A stretch of DNA of 64,000 nt from Felis catus (GCF_018350175.1 NC_058368.1:226550001-226614000), one strand, 5' to 3'; shown: positions 36,854-50,202, numbered from the stretch's first letter. Notes: a model not told the origin generated them from the letters alone. Numbers and translations are program-made.

Positions 36854-37980
36854 GAAAAAAACAAGTGAGGTTTTCCTTTGGCATTGTCATCCAGTAAGTA
36901 TTAATGAAAAAAAAAATCAACCAAAATTTTCAATTCCTTTTGTCCAAAATCACTCTTGCGTCTGTAAGCAGATTAGTAGATGGTTGTATTTTTTTTTTTT
37001 CAGATGTTGGTCAGAGGGCTAGAGTGAAGAATTTAGTCAAAATCATTTTACGTGGTCAAAGAAACTGAGGGGGCAATAGAATTTGCAGCTGCGTGGTAAC
37101 GCAGAGTCTGAAGAAAAGTAGAGGACCCTGCCCCACCCGGATTCTCTCAATTCATAAAAATGAGAACTAGAAGTTCAAAGCCATTTGTATCTGCCTGAAA
37201 TTATGTGATTCCCAAATGTCCTTTCGTTCCTTGCCATGAATGTGCTCAAAGAAACAGTGTGATTCTTCTCTTCTCCAGACACGCTGGCTGGTTTTAAGGA
37301 TGATTTTGTTGCTCAGTCACATCCACCATCTTGAAGAGGTCTACAAATATTAACTACTGAGGCATATTTTCTTACATATACAGACATTAGTAAGGAACCT
37401 CAATATCCCTAAGTCTGTATCTCTCCTCTTCTCTGGGCTCTTGAAGAATCAAGAGTCTGAACACCGAGATCACTGAAACCCAAGCAAAGTCTTTCTCGTT
37501 TCCATCCTGTAAGCTCGAAAGCAATGCATCCATGTCCTATTTATCCTTGGAGAGGATTAATTTAATTTGGATTTCCGCTCTCTGTGTTTGCTTTGGGGGT
37601 TTTCCCATGCATTGCTGAAACTAACTAGATCTTGGCAGTGAGAAGGCTGTAACGTGATGTATATCCCTTCAGCCTCCCTCGGCCAACGTGGCGAGGCTGT
37701 CAATGGAGGAAGGAGGACAGCTTCATCTCCCATCAGGGGGCAGAAGACTGGGAAAGGGGAAAAGTGGAGGGATTGTGTTTTTTAGCACAAGAGTACCGAG
37801 AGCTTGTCACACTTAATATCGCAGGTGCGTGGGCATCCTCCAAACTATCACCTTTCTTAGGACATGGGGCTAAAGAGAAAGGACATCTCCAGGCCAAAAT
37901 CACACTGGAAGAGGATTAAAAGTTCAAGCTTTGCCACCGCCCTTGTTTCTCCCCTGGTGTTGGTAGTGAATAAAAAAGAT

Positions 37981-38200
37981 GGGAGCATCTGGGTGGCTCA
38001 GTCAGTGAAGCATTCGACTCTTGGTTTTGGCTCAGGTCATGATCTCATGGTTTGTGGGATCGAGCCCCACATCAGGCTCTGCACTGCCGGTGTGGAGCCT
38101 GCTTGGGATTTTCTCTTCTCCCTCTCTCTGTGCCCCTTCCCTACTCATTCTCTCCCTCTCGCTCCTCTCTCTCAAAATGAATAAATAAAACAAAACAAAA
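37981..38200 (+). mobile_element. SINEC
   Basis: Canonical head, CT-rich segment, AATAAA/(AAAAC)n tail. Confidence 0.95.
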
Positions 38201-38334
38201 AAGGTTGGTCAGAGTAGTAGTTCAGAAACGAAGCCCATGTTGTTAGACTGAGGTATATGTCCCCAAACATGATGTTATACTAAAGTATCGTGTTTCTGAC
38301 TTTGATACTTTTAAATAAAATTCTCCCTAAATGA

Positions 38335-39022
38335 AGTTGTTTGCGTATCTTGCCCATTGTGAATAACGCTACAAATAACATGGGAGTATAAATATCTCTT
38401 CAAGATTCTGATTTCAACTCTTTTGGATAAATACCCGGAAGTGGACTTTCTTGATTATATGGTAGTTCTATTTTTCATTTTCTGAGGAACCTCCACACTG
38501 TTTTCAATTTTACACTTCCATAAACGGTAGGCAAGGGTTCCGATTTTGTTTTGTTTTCTTTTATGACAGCCATCCTAACAGGTGTGAAGTGATATCTCAT
38601 CATGATTTTAATTTGTATTTCTCAGATAAATTGATAAAGAAAATGTGGTGTGCACATAGAACAGATTATTCCACCTGCAAAAAGAAGAAAATCTTGCCCT
38701 GTGTGATAACCAGAATAAACCCTGAGGATATTATGCTAAATGAAATAAGCCAGTCACAGAAGGACAAATACTGTGTGGCTGCACTTACATGAGGTATCTA
38801 GAACAATCCAACACATGGAAGCAGAGAGTGGAATGGTAGTTGCAGGGGTGGGGAGAGAGGGAATGGGGAGTTGCTACCCAAAGAGCATAACATTATGACT
38901 ATGCAATATGATTCAGTCCTAAAGATCTGCTGTATAACACAGCACCTGTAGTTAATTATACTATATTTATTGTACATGTAAATTTTTGTTAAAAGGGTAG
39001 ATCTCATGCTACGTGTTCTTAG

Positions 39023-39062
<40 letters not shown>
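38335..39062 (+). mobile_element. L1MA9/L1MB-like 3' end with inverted 5' part
   Basis: 38335-38623 is antisense ORF2 C-terminus; 38624-39020 is sense (GATAAAGAAAATGTGG...ATGCTAAATGAAATAAGCCAGTCACAGAAGGACAAATACTG...GGGTAGATCTCATG), followed by (GC)n(CA)n. Confidence 0.85.
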
Positions 39063-39063
<1 letters not shown>

Positions 39064-39120
39064 CTCCCCAAACTAAAAAACTTTCAGAGAAACAGATGAG
39101 AATTAAAGCTCAAACCTACT

Positions 39121-39340
39121 GGGGCACCTGGGTGGCTCAGTCGGTTAAGCATCCGACTTTGGCTTGGGTCATGATCTCACGGTCCGTGAGTTCGAGCCCC
39201 GCATCAGGCTCTGTGCTGACAGCTCAGAGCCTAGAGCCTGTTTCAGATTCTGTGCCTCCCTCTCTCTGACCCTCCCCCGTTCATGCTGTCTCTCCCTGTC
39301 TCAAAAATAAATAAACGTTAAAAAATATATATTTAAAAAA
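39121..39340 (+). mobile_element. SINEC
   Basis: Canonical; perfect TSD AAAGCTCAAACCTACT. Confidence 0.97.
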
Positions 39341-40479
39341 AAAGCTCAAACCTACTGAAATGTCTGCTGATACATTCAGTCTCTGACCTTTCCAGAAATT
39401 TCCTAAGGACAGCAACTATTTTCATAATCATTTCTCTACCTCAAACACGAAAGCACGACCCTGATGAGCCAGAATCGTCCCGGCTGATGACGGTCATGAA
39501 AAGGCCAATGGTTCAGCCAACGTGAAAGAGGTCTTTTGTATTTTCATTTCCATCACAAGAACTTAACACCTAAATTAACAAGGTCTGCCTTTACAGTCAA
39601 GGCCCGTATTTCATTTGTGGCGTTGCAACAAAAGAATATAAAATGGCAGGTATGGATATTTCCCAGGTAGTATACATAATGATAAACTGCTTCGCATGCA
39701 GTTAGGATCTATCGTGTGGAACACTTGCTTGGGGGCCAGTTCACGAGCTCCTTCCTACTTGAAAAGCATTCATTCCGTCTTTGCTTTGCCGTGCTCACAC
39801 AAGTGTTTTCTTTGGCTGACCCCTCGTGAACAGCAGTGCCCTGCAGCATGGTGACCCGTGGTCCGACTCCTGTAATTGGAACCTTAAGCAAGAAGCCTTC
39901 TTAATACAGACATGAGATCTTGCAGGGCAAATCACAGAGGGTGAAACATTGCACTAGGTAGGAGCTTCTTCCATCTCCATCAGAAATATTTTCAGTAAAA
40001 CTGCCGGAGATAGACACAGAGGACCAGAAAAATGATTGTTTTGAAAAGCCTGAGTAAGAGTTTAAAAAATACAGAATCAGACATCTTTGCAGTTGGTTTC
40101 TAAAAATATAACCATATTTTCTGCTTCTCAAATTACAAAGCCTAGCGAAAACCCTGGCATCAATATCCTGCTGCATTTTAAGGATCAAAACGTGGGGTCA
40201 AGAAAGGATGTTCGACCAATCAGATATAAGAGCAGAAACGTGAAGAAGAAAAATATCTCCAGCTCTCCTCTACTTCAGTTGGAGATCAACTCATTACTCA
40301 AAGAACATCTGCAAAGATCGTTTCAGCTTTATTTTAGGGATAAGCAGCCTGAGACTCAATGAAGCTAGACTCATGTTCCAAATTAATTAGAAAAAGGAGA
40401 GATCTTCGATCTCCTGACATCCTGCTTTCCCTCTATGCAATACTGGTGGGGGAAAACATAGTTAAAAGTGTAAAAATGT

Positions 40480-40643
40480 GGGGAGCCTGGGTGGCTCAGT
40501 CGGTCGAGCATCCGACTTCGACTCCAGTCATGATCTCACCATTCGTGAGTTCGGGCCCCACATCAGGCTCACTGCTGTCAGCATGGAGCCTGCTTCAGAT
40601 CCTCCGTCCCCATCTTTCTCTGCCCCTCCCCAGCTCACACGCC

Positions 40644-40685
<42 letters not shown>

Positions 40686-40703
40686 AATAAACAAACAGCT
40701 TTT
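40480..40703 (+). mobile_element. SINEC
   Basis: Canonical head, (CT)n, tail. Confidence 0.95.
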
Positions 40704-40939
40704 TAAAATGTATAATAATTTAACCTCAAGGACAACGGCACAACACATGATAGACATTCACGGGCTGTGCAGTTGGCCACTGAACACTTTTCCCTACTCT
40801 ATGCAGCCCACTCTGGCGTGCCCTAGGTACGCAAAGATCGTGAAAAGTTAAGACCATGCGGGGAAGAGAGCCTTGGAAGTAAAGAATGACCAAGCCACAG
40901 GGTAAGGCCCTGCCAGAGAGCAGGACTTAAAACCGCCTT

Positions 40940-41260
40940 TATGCCCAGTGGGTGATTATTCCACGCATCAAAGATGCTGAGTGCTGGGTGCTATCCGGGG
41001 TTGTCAGGGAAGATTTCTCCAAGGCAGGGACGCCTTGAGTTGTGTCTTAAGGGATGAATACGAGTTTGCTTGGGTGTCAGAAGGAAGAAGAAGAATCCGG
41101 CAAGATGGGAAGAACTTGTGGTCAATCAGCAGGGTGGCGTCCTAAAGAAGCAGACTGCCGTGGATAATATGCATCATACAAAGGAGGAGTGGTAGAAGGT
41201 GAATTTCGGAAGCTAGGCGATGGCCTTGTATCACATGCAAAGGAATTACAGCTTTATCCT
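40940..41260 (-). mobile_element. L2 fragment
   Basis: TCAGGGAAGATTTCTCCAAGG...TTGAGTTGTGTCTTAAGGGATGAATACGAGTTTGC...GGCCTTGTATCACATGCAAAGGAATT. Confidence 0.7.
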
Positions 41261-44200
41261 AAAGCCCATCATTCCCCAATGTGTCACAGAGCATCGCCGT
41301 CTAAGAAGATGCTCTGTGTTAAAAGAAAATACTATCTCACACCCCCGAAAGGTCACAACTCATACTATTACACTTATAGTTTCAAATACCAAGCAAAAAG
41401 TATCATTCTCAACTTTGATTTTACTTTGTTGAGTTATAGCTGAGGGAAAACGTGGGTAATATTTACATAGCAGATAACCGATCCATGAAACACAGTTTGG
41501 GAGAAGTCACTGTATGTGACAGAAAGATCACCGAGGAGAAATCGGGTCAAACATGCATGCAAACAACACTAGATGAATTAAGACGTAAGAAAGAGGCCCA
41601 AGTGGAGCCACTTAATTCCAGATAGCAAGGGGACATCCAGGAAGCAACAGAAATTAGGGATAACAAATAATATGGAATACAGGATTTAGGAAAGACTCCA
41701 AACCCCCAGCTGGAAGCAGTGAAAATTCCTACAACCCTGTCTTAGTGTTTCCTCCCTTGTGTTCTTAGGCTTGTGATGCCACTATCATTCTGGACTCCAC
41801 TCTAGTGGCCAAGTACTATCACCCAAAAGGTACAGAAAGTAATAAAAGAATAATACGATCACATACTTTTGTTTGACGCCCAAAAAAAAAAAAAAAAAAA
41901 ATCTAACCCAAGCCAGGGAGTGAACATTCATGTGATAAAATCAATGGTCCTATTAAAAGCTATCAAAAGGCATTCAAAATCCTTCAAAGAGTGCCCTGAG
42001 TAAGATGGAAGACTGCTCAGGACCTACAGAATGGGAATGCTGGGAGGTATTTATCCCAGCAAATCCACGAGCGGTAGTGGGAATGCACACCCACTGAGGG
42101 AAGTGGGAGCGCCATGCACAAAGCTCTGAGCAAAGGAAATACTTTCCTGCTGCATGTTTCCTCCCAGTGGATAATGCATACAGAAGAAAACCTTACATTT
42201 CAGCTCAGTAAGTAGAGATGTTCCTTGCAGCACTTCCGTAAGCTAACTGAAACGATGAATGGAAACAATTAAACAGATTTCTCAAGCTTTAAAGGCCAAC
42301 ACTTTGATCCAAAATATCCAGAAAATGGAGATGATATGCGATTGTCTTATTTGTTAAAGTTTCCCAGATAACAAGTTGTATGCTTCCATTACTTAGTTGA
42401 GATAATGTCTAAATTCAGAAGAAAACCTTGCAAATGCAATATTTCTCAAAGACATTACGAACAAAGAGCCTAAGAATTCTTTTTAAAGTTCAACGATAGC
42501 AGAAACACTTTCAATTAATGCGTGAGTCATATAAAACTTAACGTTTTGAATATAAAGCATATTTTGACTCAACTGCTTTTTTTCTTAGGGATTTACATCC
42601 CATGCCAGCCACTGCAACTGATGAATTATTCATCAGATTCCGGATTCATTTTGTGTTCCAAAATAAATGCAGATCGTCTATCTGACCCAGCCTGTTGCAG
42701 TTCAAGGAGGTCTTGGGGGGAAGCAGGTTCATTTATGTAGCAAAGACTGAAAAGACATGGAGGTCGTGCTGTGAATTCCAGGAATCCTTCCAGAGGTCAG
42801 TCCTGGAATCTTCATCATCTATGTGAAGGAAATGCTGTGAGACTGTCAGAACAAATAGAAGTATCCCTGTGAACTAAGAAAACTTATCTCTTTCAGACAG
42901 ATAACATAGGGTAACACTAAAATCTCCCATACGTGGCAAAATATCAAAATTACCGAAGGTAATGGTCAACTGCATTTTTGTGGTCAAGAGAGACCGGGCT
43001 AACCTCTAACCCAATGGTAAGAGAGAAGGAGTTCTGTTAGAGCTTTCAAATTTAATACTTGCCCCCTCCTTATTTTTTTGTGTAAAATCAAAAAAAAATC
43101 TTAAGGTAAACTGAAATTCCAAACTGCGTGAATTATGTTTATGAACTTTGTGGACTGGAGTTCTTTCCCCAAATGACCAGATAGTTCCGTGTGTGAGCTA
43201 TCTCTCTGAACAGACTATGTACAATTCCACGATCTCTAAAGCTCTCCTCTCACCCTGATCATTGTTTTCAGTGTTCTTCTTTCATAACCTTGACACCTTT
43301 GCAACAAACTCTTAAGCAATTAATAGTTGGATCCGGTCCTTCTCAAAAACTTTTCAAGAACCCTCGCCACGTATCTATTTGCTTCTACAATGTAAGAGTT
43401 GATATGCAGTAATACAACTATACTATCAGGAAGCTAAATAAAGCATTCTCTGAGTTGTGGACAAATATTCTGATAACATTAACCTCATTAATGGTACCAT
43501 TATTGAGCCTGGAGTGACCCTAAGCCTTGCAAATGGCTTACTGCTAGTTCTTACTCTAGTCTGCAAGGTTGCTTCTCTCAATTCTGCTTCAACGCTGAAG
43601 AAATAGTAGTTCAGAAAGACACCTGCACACAGTTAGCCAGTAGTCGAGCTCTTTTTGAACCGATCTCCAGGACTCTTCAAAGCCTGCATAGGCATTTTTC
43701 TCCTTCTATAACATTACAGTGCAATGTAATGGATTTCCCCAACTTGCCAGACCCATTTCCAAATGCATGTTCTCACTTGCAGGATAATTTGCTCAGGGAA
43801 TTGCATGTGTTTTCTAGTAGGCTGCCATTGATTCACATATTTTTTTGGACTTCCTCCTTTTGGAATTTCAGTGTTTAAAACATTTACACACAAATGGCAG
43901 CAAACCTCTGTTCTTGAAAGATGTGTTTATTGAATACTACAAAAAATATCATAAAGAGCCAAGATGTATTAAAAAAAAAATGGATGATCAGGCTTCAGGA
44001 TACTATTTGGGGTCAAAAATGAGGTGTACCTAAAAGTACAAGATTTATTTTCTTCTGTGGCTTGTAGACCCTGAAGACAGTTCCAAGGAGACCCAAAATT
44101 GTTAAAGCAGTGGTAACACTGTTGGAATAAGTGCACGTTCTTACCATGTGGCCGTTCCAAAGGACAAAATCCCTTCTGAGGCATGACTTGTGCTTAAAAC

Positions 44201-44469
44201 TTTGTTTCTGCATTTGATGATCAATGTTCACCGTCAGTATAGTCACTAAGAGTCATACCAACACTGTATTGTAGAAACTAAGTGAGTAATAAATGACTAC
44301 ACTTCTAAAGTACTATAAGCCATTGATAAGGATAAGTATTACTTTCAGTCTAATTATTTAGCATTTTTCTCTAACTTCAATGGCTCTTAAGGGTCCAAGA
44401 AAACCCCATTCAATATCCTTTCTGTATCTCTCAAATCAAACTCTGAATCATCTCAAAAAGCTGGTGGAA

Positions 44470-45101
44470 CCTTTGTAAGTGCCTGAAAACAGCAACCAAA
44501 TACATTTTTCCAAAATAGAAAGAAAAAGAACGGGTAGAACACTGACGAGGTTCCAATTTAGGAAAACAAATTACGAAATCATTTTTGAATTTTACAACTT
44601 CAGATTTTAAAAGACCTCCTAGAACATTATTTCCAGCATAAAATCTCTCTATAAAAACAGGCCCATTTTTAGAAACTAAATGAAAACACTGGTAATAAGT
44701 CTAATTTTAAACAGGAGGAAAAAGAGATGTAATGCTGGCCAAAGGTGTTTAAACCTCTAAGAACATTGTAAAGAGTTAAAACTCTTTAAAATAATATCTC
44801 TTTCAAGTAGTTTTAAGGCATTAGTTGCTAAAATTTCCAGAAGAAATCCATTTAGTGATATTAAGATGCCATGAAAATATCCCTTTTTGTTGTATTCTAG
44901 ATAGATAGATAGATAGATGACAGATAGATAGATAGACAGATAGATAGATAGATAGATGACAGATAGACAGATAGATAGATAGACAGATAGATAGATAGAT
45001 AGGCTACGTACAACAAATTTCACTCTATTCTTGGACAGAGCTATTATAAAAATAAATATAGTTTATAAATATATATAACACATATATACATACATATATA
45101 C

Positions 45102-45148
<47 letters not shown>

Positions 45149-45335
45149 GGAGCAACTCAGAACTATCATGTAATCAATCTTATGACCAAGAACAATAAGA
45201 GATAAAAACAAGATTATTTAAGTGGACTTTACCAGGTTGAATGTTACCAATTCATGAATCAGTGTTAAATTTGAGAGGAGGGATTTCTGGCAGATACCTC
45301 TTTGAACTCAGCTGTGACTTATACAATAGTTTCAT
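44470..45335 (+). mobile_element. L3/CR1 RT-region remnant, interrupted by microsatellites
   Basis: CTAATTTTAAACAGGAGGAAAAAG and the 45147-45335 block resemble recalled L3 ORF2 sequence; very degraded. Confidence 0.4.
44898..45002. repeat. (GATA)n microsatellite
   Basis: Direct reading. Confidence 0.95.
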
Positions 45336-45509
45336 ATATATATATGTATATATATATATATATGACAATGGTTTTATATATATGGCTATATATATATATG
45401 GCTATATAAAATGGATATATATATATATATATATAGCCACATGGCTATATATATATATATATATATATATAAAGGACTATGGCTTTCTCTTTCCCTAAAA
45501 GGAAAGGAA

Positions 45510-45555
<46 letters not shown>

Positions 45556-45655
45556 CAATGGCTTTATATATATATATATATGGCTATATATATATATATG
45601 GCTATATAAAATGGCTATATATATATATATATATATATGGCTATATATATATAAA

Positions 45656-45695
<40 letters not shown>

Positions 45696-45880
45696 TTATA
45701 TATATATATAAAGGACCATGGCTTTCTCTTTCCCTAAAAGGAAAGATATATATATACGACAAATGCTTTATATACATATATGGCTATATATATATATATA
45801 TATATATATATGGCTATATAAAATGGATATATATATATATAAAGGACCATGGCTTTCTCTTTCCCTAAAAGGCAGGAAAG
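45334..45880. repeat. Compound (AT)n minisatellite, about 3 higher-order units
   Basis: AAAGGACYATGGCTTTCTCTTTCCCTAAAAGG at about 45471, 45710 and 45841, separated by (AT)n and TGGCTA modules. Confidence 0.92.
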
Positions 45881-46749
45881 ATAAAGTAGAAGTCCCCATC
45901 ATTGGCACAAGTCAGAGTTTACTCATGCCATAACTTCAGGTTGCTTTTCTTTATAATTTTAAGCTAATTTTTATAGCAACTATCATTATCAGCATTAATA
46001 GCTAATGTGCATTCAACACCTGATTCCTACTCTAACTTCTAGGAAACTGCTTAGGTTTAGCAAGTATAGTCCTCTTTTCCAGGAATAAGAGGCTCACGTT
46101 TTACACACGAGTGCCCGGCAGGTAGGTCACTAGCACTTAACGGGGTTTTCTTTCTTGCTACTGTCTACCCATCTCACACTGTTAAACCTGTTTGATTCCA
46201 TCAGATGAAATTGATCCAAAACAAATATCTTTAAATTCAGCTTGACTGATCAAGATTCTGGCAGTTATTTTTACTATAAAAAGGAAGAAAGGAACACACC
46301 CCAAATGGGAAAAAAAATGCCTGTTTCGATTTTCTAAGCTTCCATTATTGTGAACCAGTGACTAGAATTCACAATGGCCCATCGGTATATCCCCATCAAC
46401 TTTCTCTTTTATTTGTTACGAAATTAGAACAAACTACAGGAGGTCTTCCATTGCACCACAGAGCCATCCCACAAACAAGGTCACAATGAAACTTATAAAA
46501 GAGTACTGAGGTTAAAATTGAAATCTTGAGGTCAAATTAATACATGATCAACTAAGATTAAGGCAGAGCCAGAAACTCTACCTGGAGCCAACAGATAGTA
46601 AGAAATGACAAAGAGAGAGCTCCTACCTACCTTTTGTTTTCCCTGATAATACACATAAGCTACCATTTGAAAATGATGGGAAAAAACAGTTAAATGTATA
46701 TGAATCCACAAAAGAATAAAGCACCATACAGAATAGCTGCTATAGGATC

Positions 46750-46961
46750 CAAGTGAGTTCCAGTTTTCTGCCTTGGGTTAAAAATGTCCCAGAGGACCAA
46801 CAGACATGCACCTAAAACCAGTGAATGTGGTATCTGAATAATTACGGCAAACGGAAATGATGCCAGAAGAATAAAACAATAAATGGGCAAAAGTTATGAT
46901 TTTTCAAAAAAATAAGCAAGGTGCTCTCCAAACTGTAGATATTACTATGGATTGTTAAGGT

Positions 46962-47023
<62 letters not shown>

Positions 47024-47420
47024 ATGTATATACGCACATATATATATGTATATACATATATATGTGTATATATATACACACACACATACATACATATATA
47101 CACACATACACATACATACATATATACATACATACACATATACATACATATATACATATATACATACATGCATGCACACATATATACATACATATATACA
47201 CGTATATATATAGGAGCAACTCAGAACTATCATGTAATCAATCTTATGACCAAGAACAATAAGAGATGAAAACAAGATTATTTAAGTGGACTTTACCAGG
47301 TTGAATGCTACCAATTCATGAATCACTGTTAAATTTGAGAGGAGGGATTTCTGGCAGATCCTTCTTTGGACTCAGCCGTGACCTATTTGATAGTTCCATC
47401 AATAACTTACTGAAGGAACA
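46750..47420 (+). mobile_element. L3/CR1 ORF2 remnant
   Basis: ATGCCAGAAGA...GGGCAAAAG..GATTTTTCAAAAAA resembles VPEDW..ANV.PIFKK; GGISG...LFDSSINNL resembles the RT motif SGVPQGSVLGPVLFNIFINDL. Confidence 0.55.
46961..47212. repeat. (TA)n/(TG)n/(CATA)n compound microsatellite
   Basis: Direct reading. Confidence 0.95.
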
Positions 47421-48275
47421 GGAACTCTGTCACATGGGAGATCAGGACTCCCCAAATCCAGGTAGTCTGAAGAGATTACATTCATCCCCAAACTATAATT
47501 TAAAATGACAATTTGCAAAACTTTGCTCCAGGGATCAAAAAGACAGCTAGAAGTTCAGGGTTGGGAAGAAATGGTTTAGCAATGGCAGGATGTATGAAAA
47601 AGACCTGGCAGATAGTTTGACATTATACACACATTATGACGCAATAACATGCAAGGCACAGTAAAAACTGAACTGACACTGATAAGTATATAGCTGTGGA
47701 TACAGCCTAATCTACTCTGTTCACCTGAAGGATTATCTTTATTTCAGGGTAATGTAAGTGGGCTACCAGCAAATTGTAACCCATTCATTAAAGAGTATCT
47801 AGGTTGGTGAACAGCTTCAAAACCATAGCAAACTATGATGCAAAAAGTTGCAAGATAATGCTGTTCTCATTGCAGCAATGGGAAAAACCCAGAACCTTGT
47901 GATCCTTATCTAAGAATTGAGTTCATAATGCAATCTAAACTGAATTCCAAGGAGAGACAGGAGACAACCTTTGGCACAGCATGGGAGGAAGAGGTGGCCT
48001 TCATACTAGTAAGAAGAAATCAGCTGAAAGTTGATTGGATTCTTAAAGACCACACTTGGACTCGGGGGTCGGTTTACGATGGCTGAAAGTTCAAAAGACA
48101 GGGAGAGTTCAATATTAATATCCAGGCTCTTCATAAGAAGTGGGGGCAGGGGAGGAAAATGGTGAGAATTCTTCTCAGTGGTGCTGGTGAGCAAGCAAAG
48201 AACTACTGCTGTGGGGAGCAGGCATGAAATGTCTCCCATTGTGTTGAATCCTTCTTTTATTAAAAGTATAATCCT

Positions 48276-48490
48276 GGGGTGCCTAAGTGGCTCAGTTGGT
48301 TAAGCATCCGACTTTGGCTTAGGTCATGATCTCATGGTTCATGAGTTCAAGCTCCACACATCAGGCTCTGTGCTGACAGCTCAGAGCCTGGAGCCTACTT
48401 CGGATTCTGTGTCTCCCTCTCTCTGCTCCTCCCTGACTTGTGCGCTCTCTCTCTCTCAAGACTAAATAAATAAACATTAAATATATATAT
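48276..48490 (+). mobile_element. SINEC
   Basis: Canonical; (AT)n tail; TSD core TATAATCCT. Confidence 0.95.
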
Positions 48491-50142
48491 ATATATAATC
48501 CTTACACTGCTGCGTGGAGAAATGTACCTTAACATATTTAGGAATAAAGATAAAATAACATGCAACCCAGAAGACAGGGAAGTAACAGCCTTAATGTACT
48601 AAAGAAAAACAAACAAAAAAATGGTCAACCAGAATCCTTTACCCCATGAAAACATCTTTCAAAAATGAAATCACAGTAAGCACTTTATTACACAAACACA
48701 AGTTATAAGAATTCATTACCTAAACCCAAAGTAATAACCACAAAATAAAAAATGTTAAAAGAAGTTCTTCAGAAAAAAGTAGGATACCAGATGAAAATCT
48801 GAATCTCCACAAAGTAACAGTGAACTCCAGAAAAGATCAAAATGGACGTGAATATTAAAGATACGTTTCTTATTTTTAATCACTTCTAAAGACGATCGGA
48901 TGTGTAGGCAACGGGTAGTGGGCTGCAGGGTTTATACTATACATAGAAGTAACGTACATGGCCACAGCAGTACAAAGGCTGGGAAGAGAAAATGGATGTA
49001 TACTATTGTAGGGTTCTTACACTACAGGTAACACCCTATATTATTATTTCAAGGTAGACTGTAACAAGTTAATGATGTATAATGTAACCCCTAAGAATCT
49101 GCCACATAAAGAATTATAAACAAGAAGAAACAAGAGCGAAGATAAGATGGAATCATAAAAATAACAACAAAGCAATAGAAAAGAAGGCAGGGAAAGGTGA
49201 ACAAAGAAAAACTGAGCAGGCAAGATGAGAAGAAAACAACTGGTGAGATGGTAGATATGAAGCCAATCGCATCAACAATTACATTAAATGCAGCGTGAAC
49301 ACTCCAATTGCAAAAGGTAGCTTGAAGAGATAATGGATGGATTTTTAAAAGCAAGATCCAACTGTATAATGCATGTAAGAAATCCACTTTAAGTAGAAAG
49401 GCATAGCTAGATTAAAGAAAATGGATGCAAACAGTAATGAAAAGAAGGCTTGAATGACTAGATCATTGCCAGGCAAAGCAGATTTCAGGTAAAGGAATAC
49501 TACGATACAGAGGAGTATTTTATAATTATGAAAGGCCATTTCCTTAACAAGGTGCAATGATCCTGAGTGTGTATGCACAGAACAATAGAGGTTCAAAATA
49601 CGTGAAACAAATCTAATAGAACTACAAGGAGAAATAAAGAAATCCACAGTTTAGATAGAGATGTCAACACTCCGCTCTCAATAAGTACATAGAAAACAAC
49701 TAACGATACAGAAGATTTGAATACAAGCTACCAAACTGACCTAATTGTAATTTAAAGAACACTCAATCCAATAATAGCTACATATAGATTGACGTGCCCA
49801 TGAAACTTTTGCCAACATAGAACATACCCTGTGTCATAAAACAAATCTCAACAAACTTAAAATGACTGAAATCACACAAAGTAAATTTCCTAATGACATT
49901 GGAATTAAACTAGAAATCAGTATCTGAAAGAACGTGGACAATCCCGGTATCTTTATAAATAGGAAAAATACGGAACTTTTTAGAAATAACACATGGGAAG
50001 TCACGAGCAATAAAAAAATTTGGAAGTGACAAATGAAAATACCCAAATCAAAGCTTGTGAGATGCAAAGAAAGTAGCAATTAAGGGCTGTTTATACCGTC
50101 AAATGCTTAACAAGGAAAAAGAAAAGCAAATTAGACTTCAAG

Positions 50143-50145
50143 GAA

Positions 50146-50200
<55 letters not shown>
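50143..50200. repeat. (GAAA)n microsatellite inside L1
   Basis: Direct reading. Confidence 0.9.

Positions 50201-50202
<2 letters not shown>

Noticed and set aside
39984..40053. Plus-strand exon-like segment (EIFSVKLPEIDTEDQKNDCFEKP)
   Set aside because: The AG/GT sites are plausible but the peptide is unrecognised. Similar plus-strand pseudoexons occur near 7016-7040 and 13382-13481, showing such patterns arise by chance.
41795..41812. CTCF-like TGGCCACTAGAGTGG on the minus strand
   Set aside because: An extra base disrupts the GGGC core.
45241..47275. Ile/Tyr-rich ORFs, and a CRISPR-like look of the 32-bp repeated unit
   Set aside because: The ORFs are (AT)n translations. The apparent spacers are microsatellite modules, the DNA is mammalian, and there are no cas genes.
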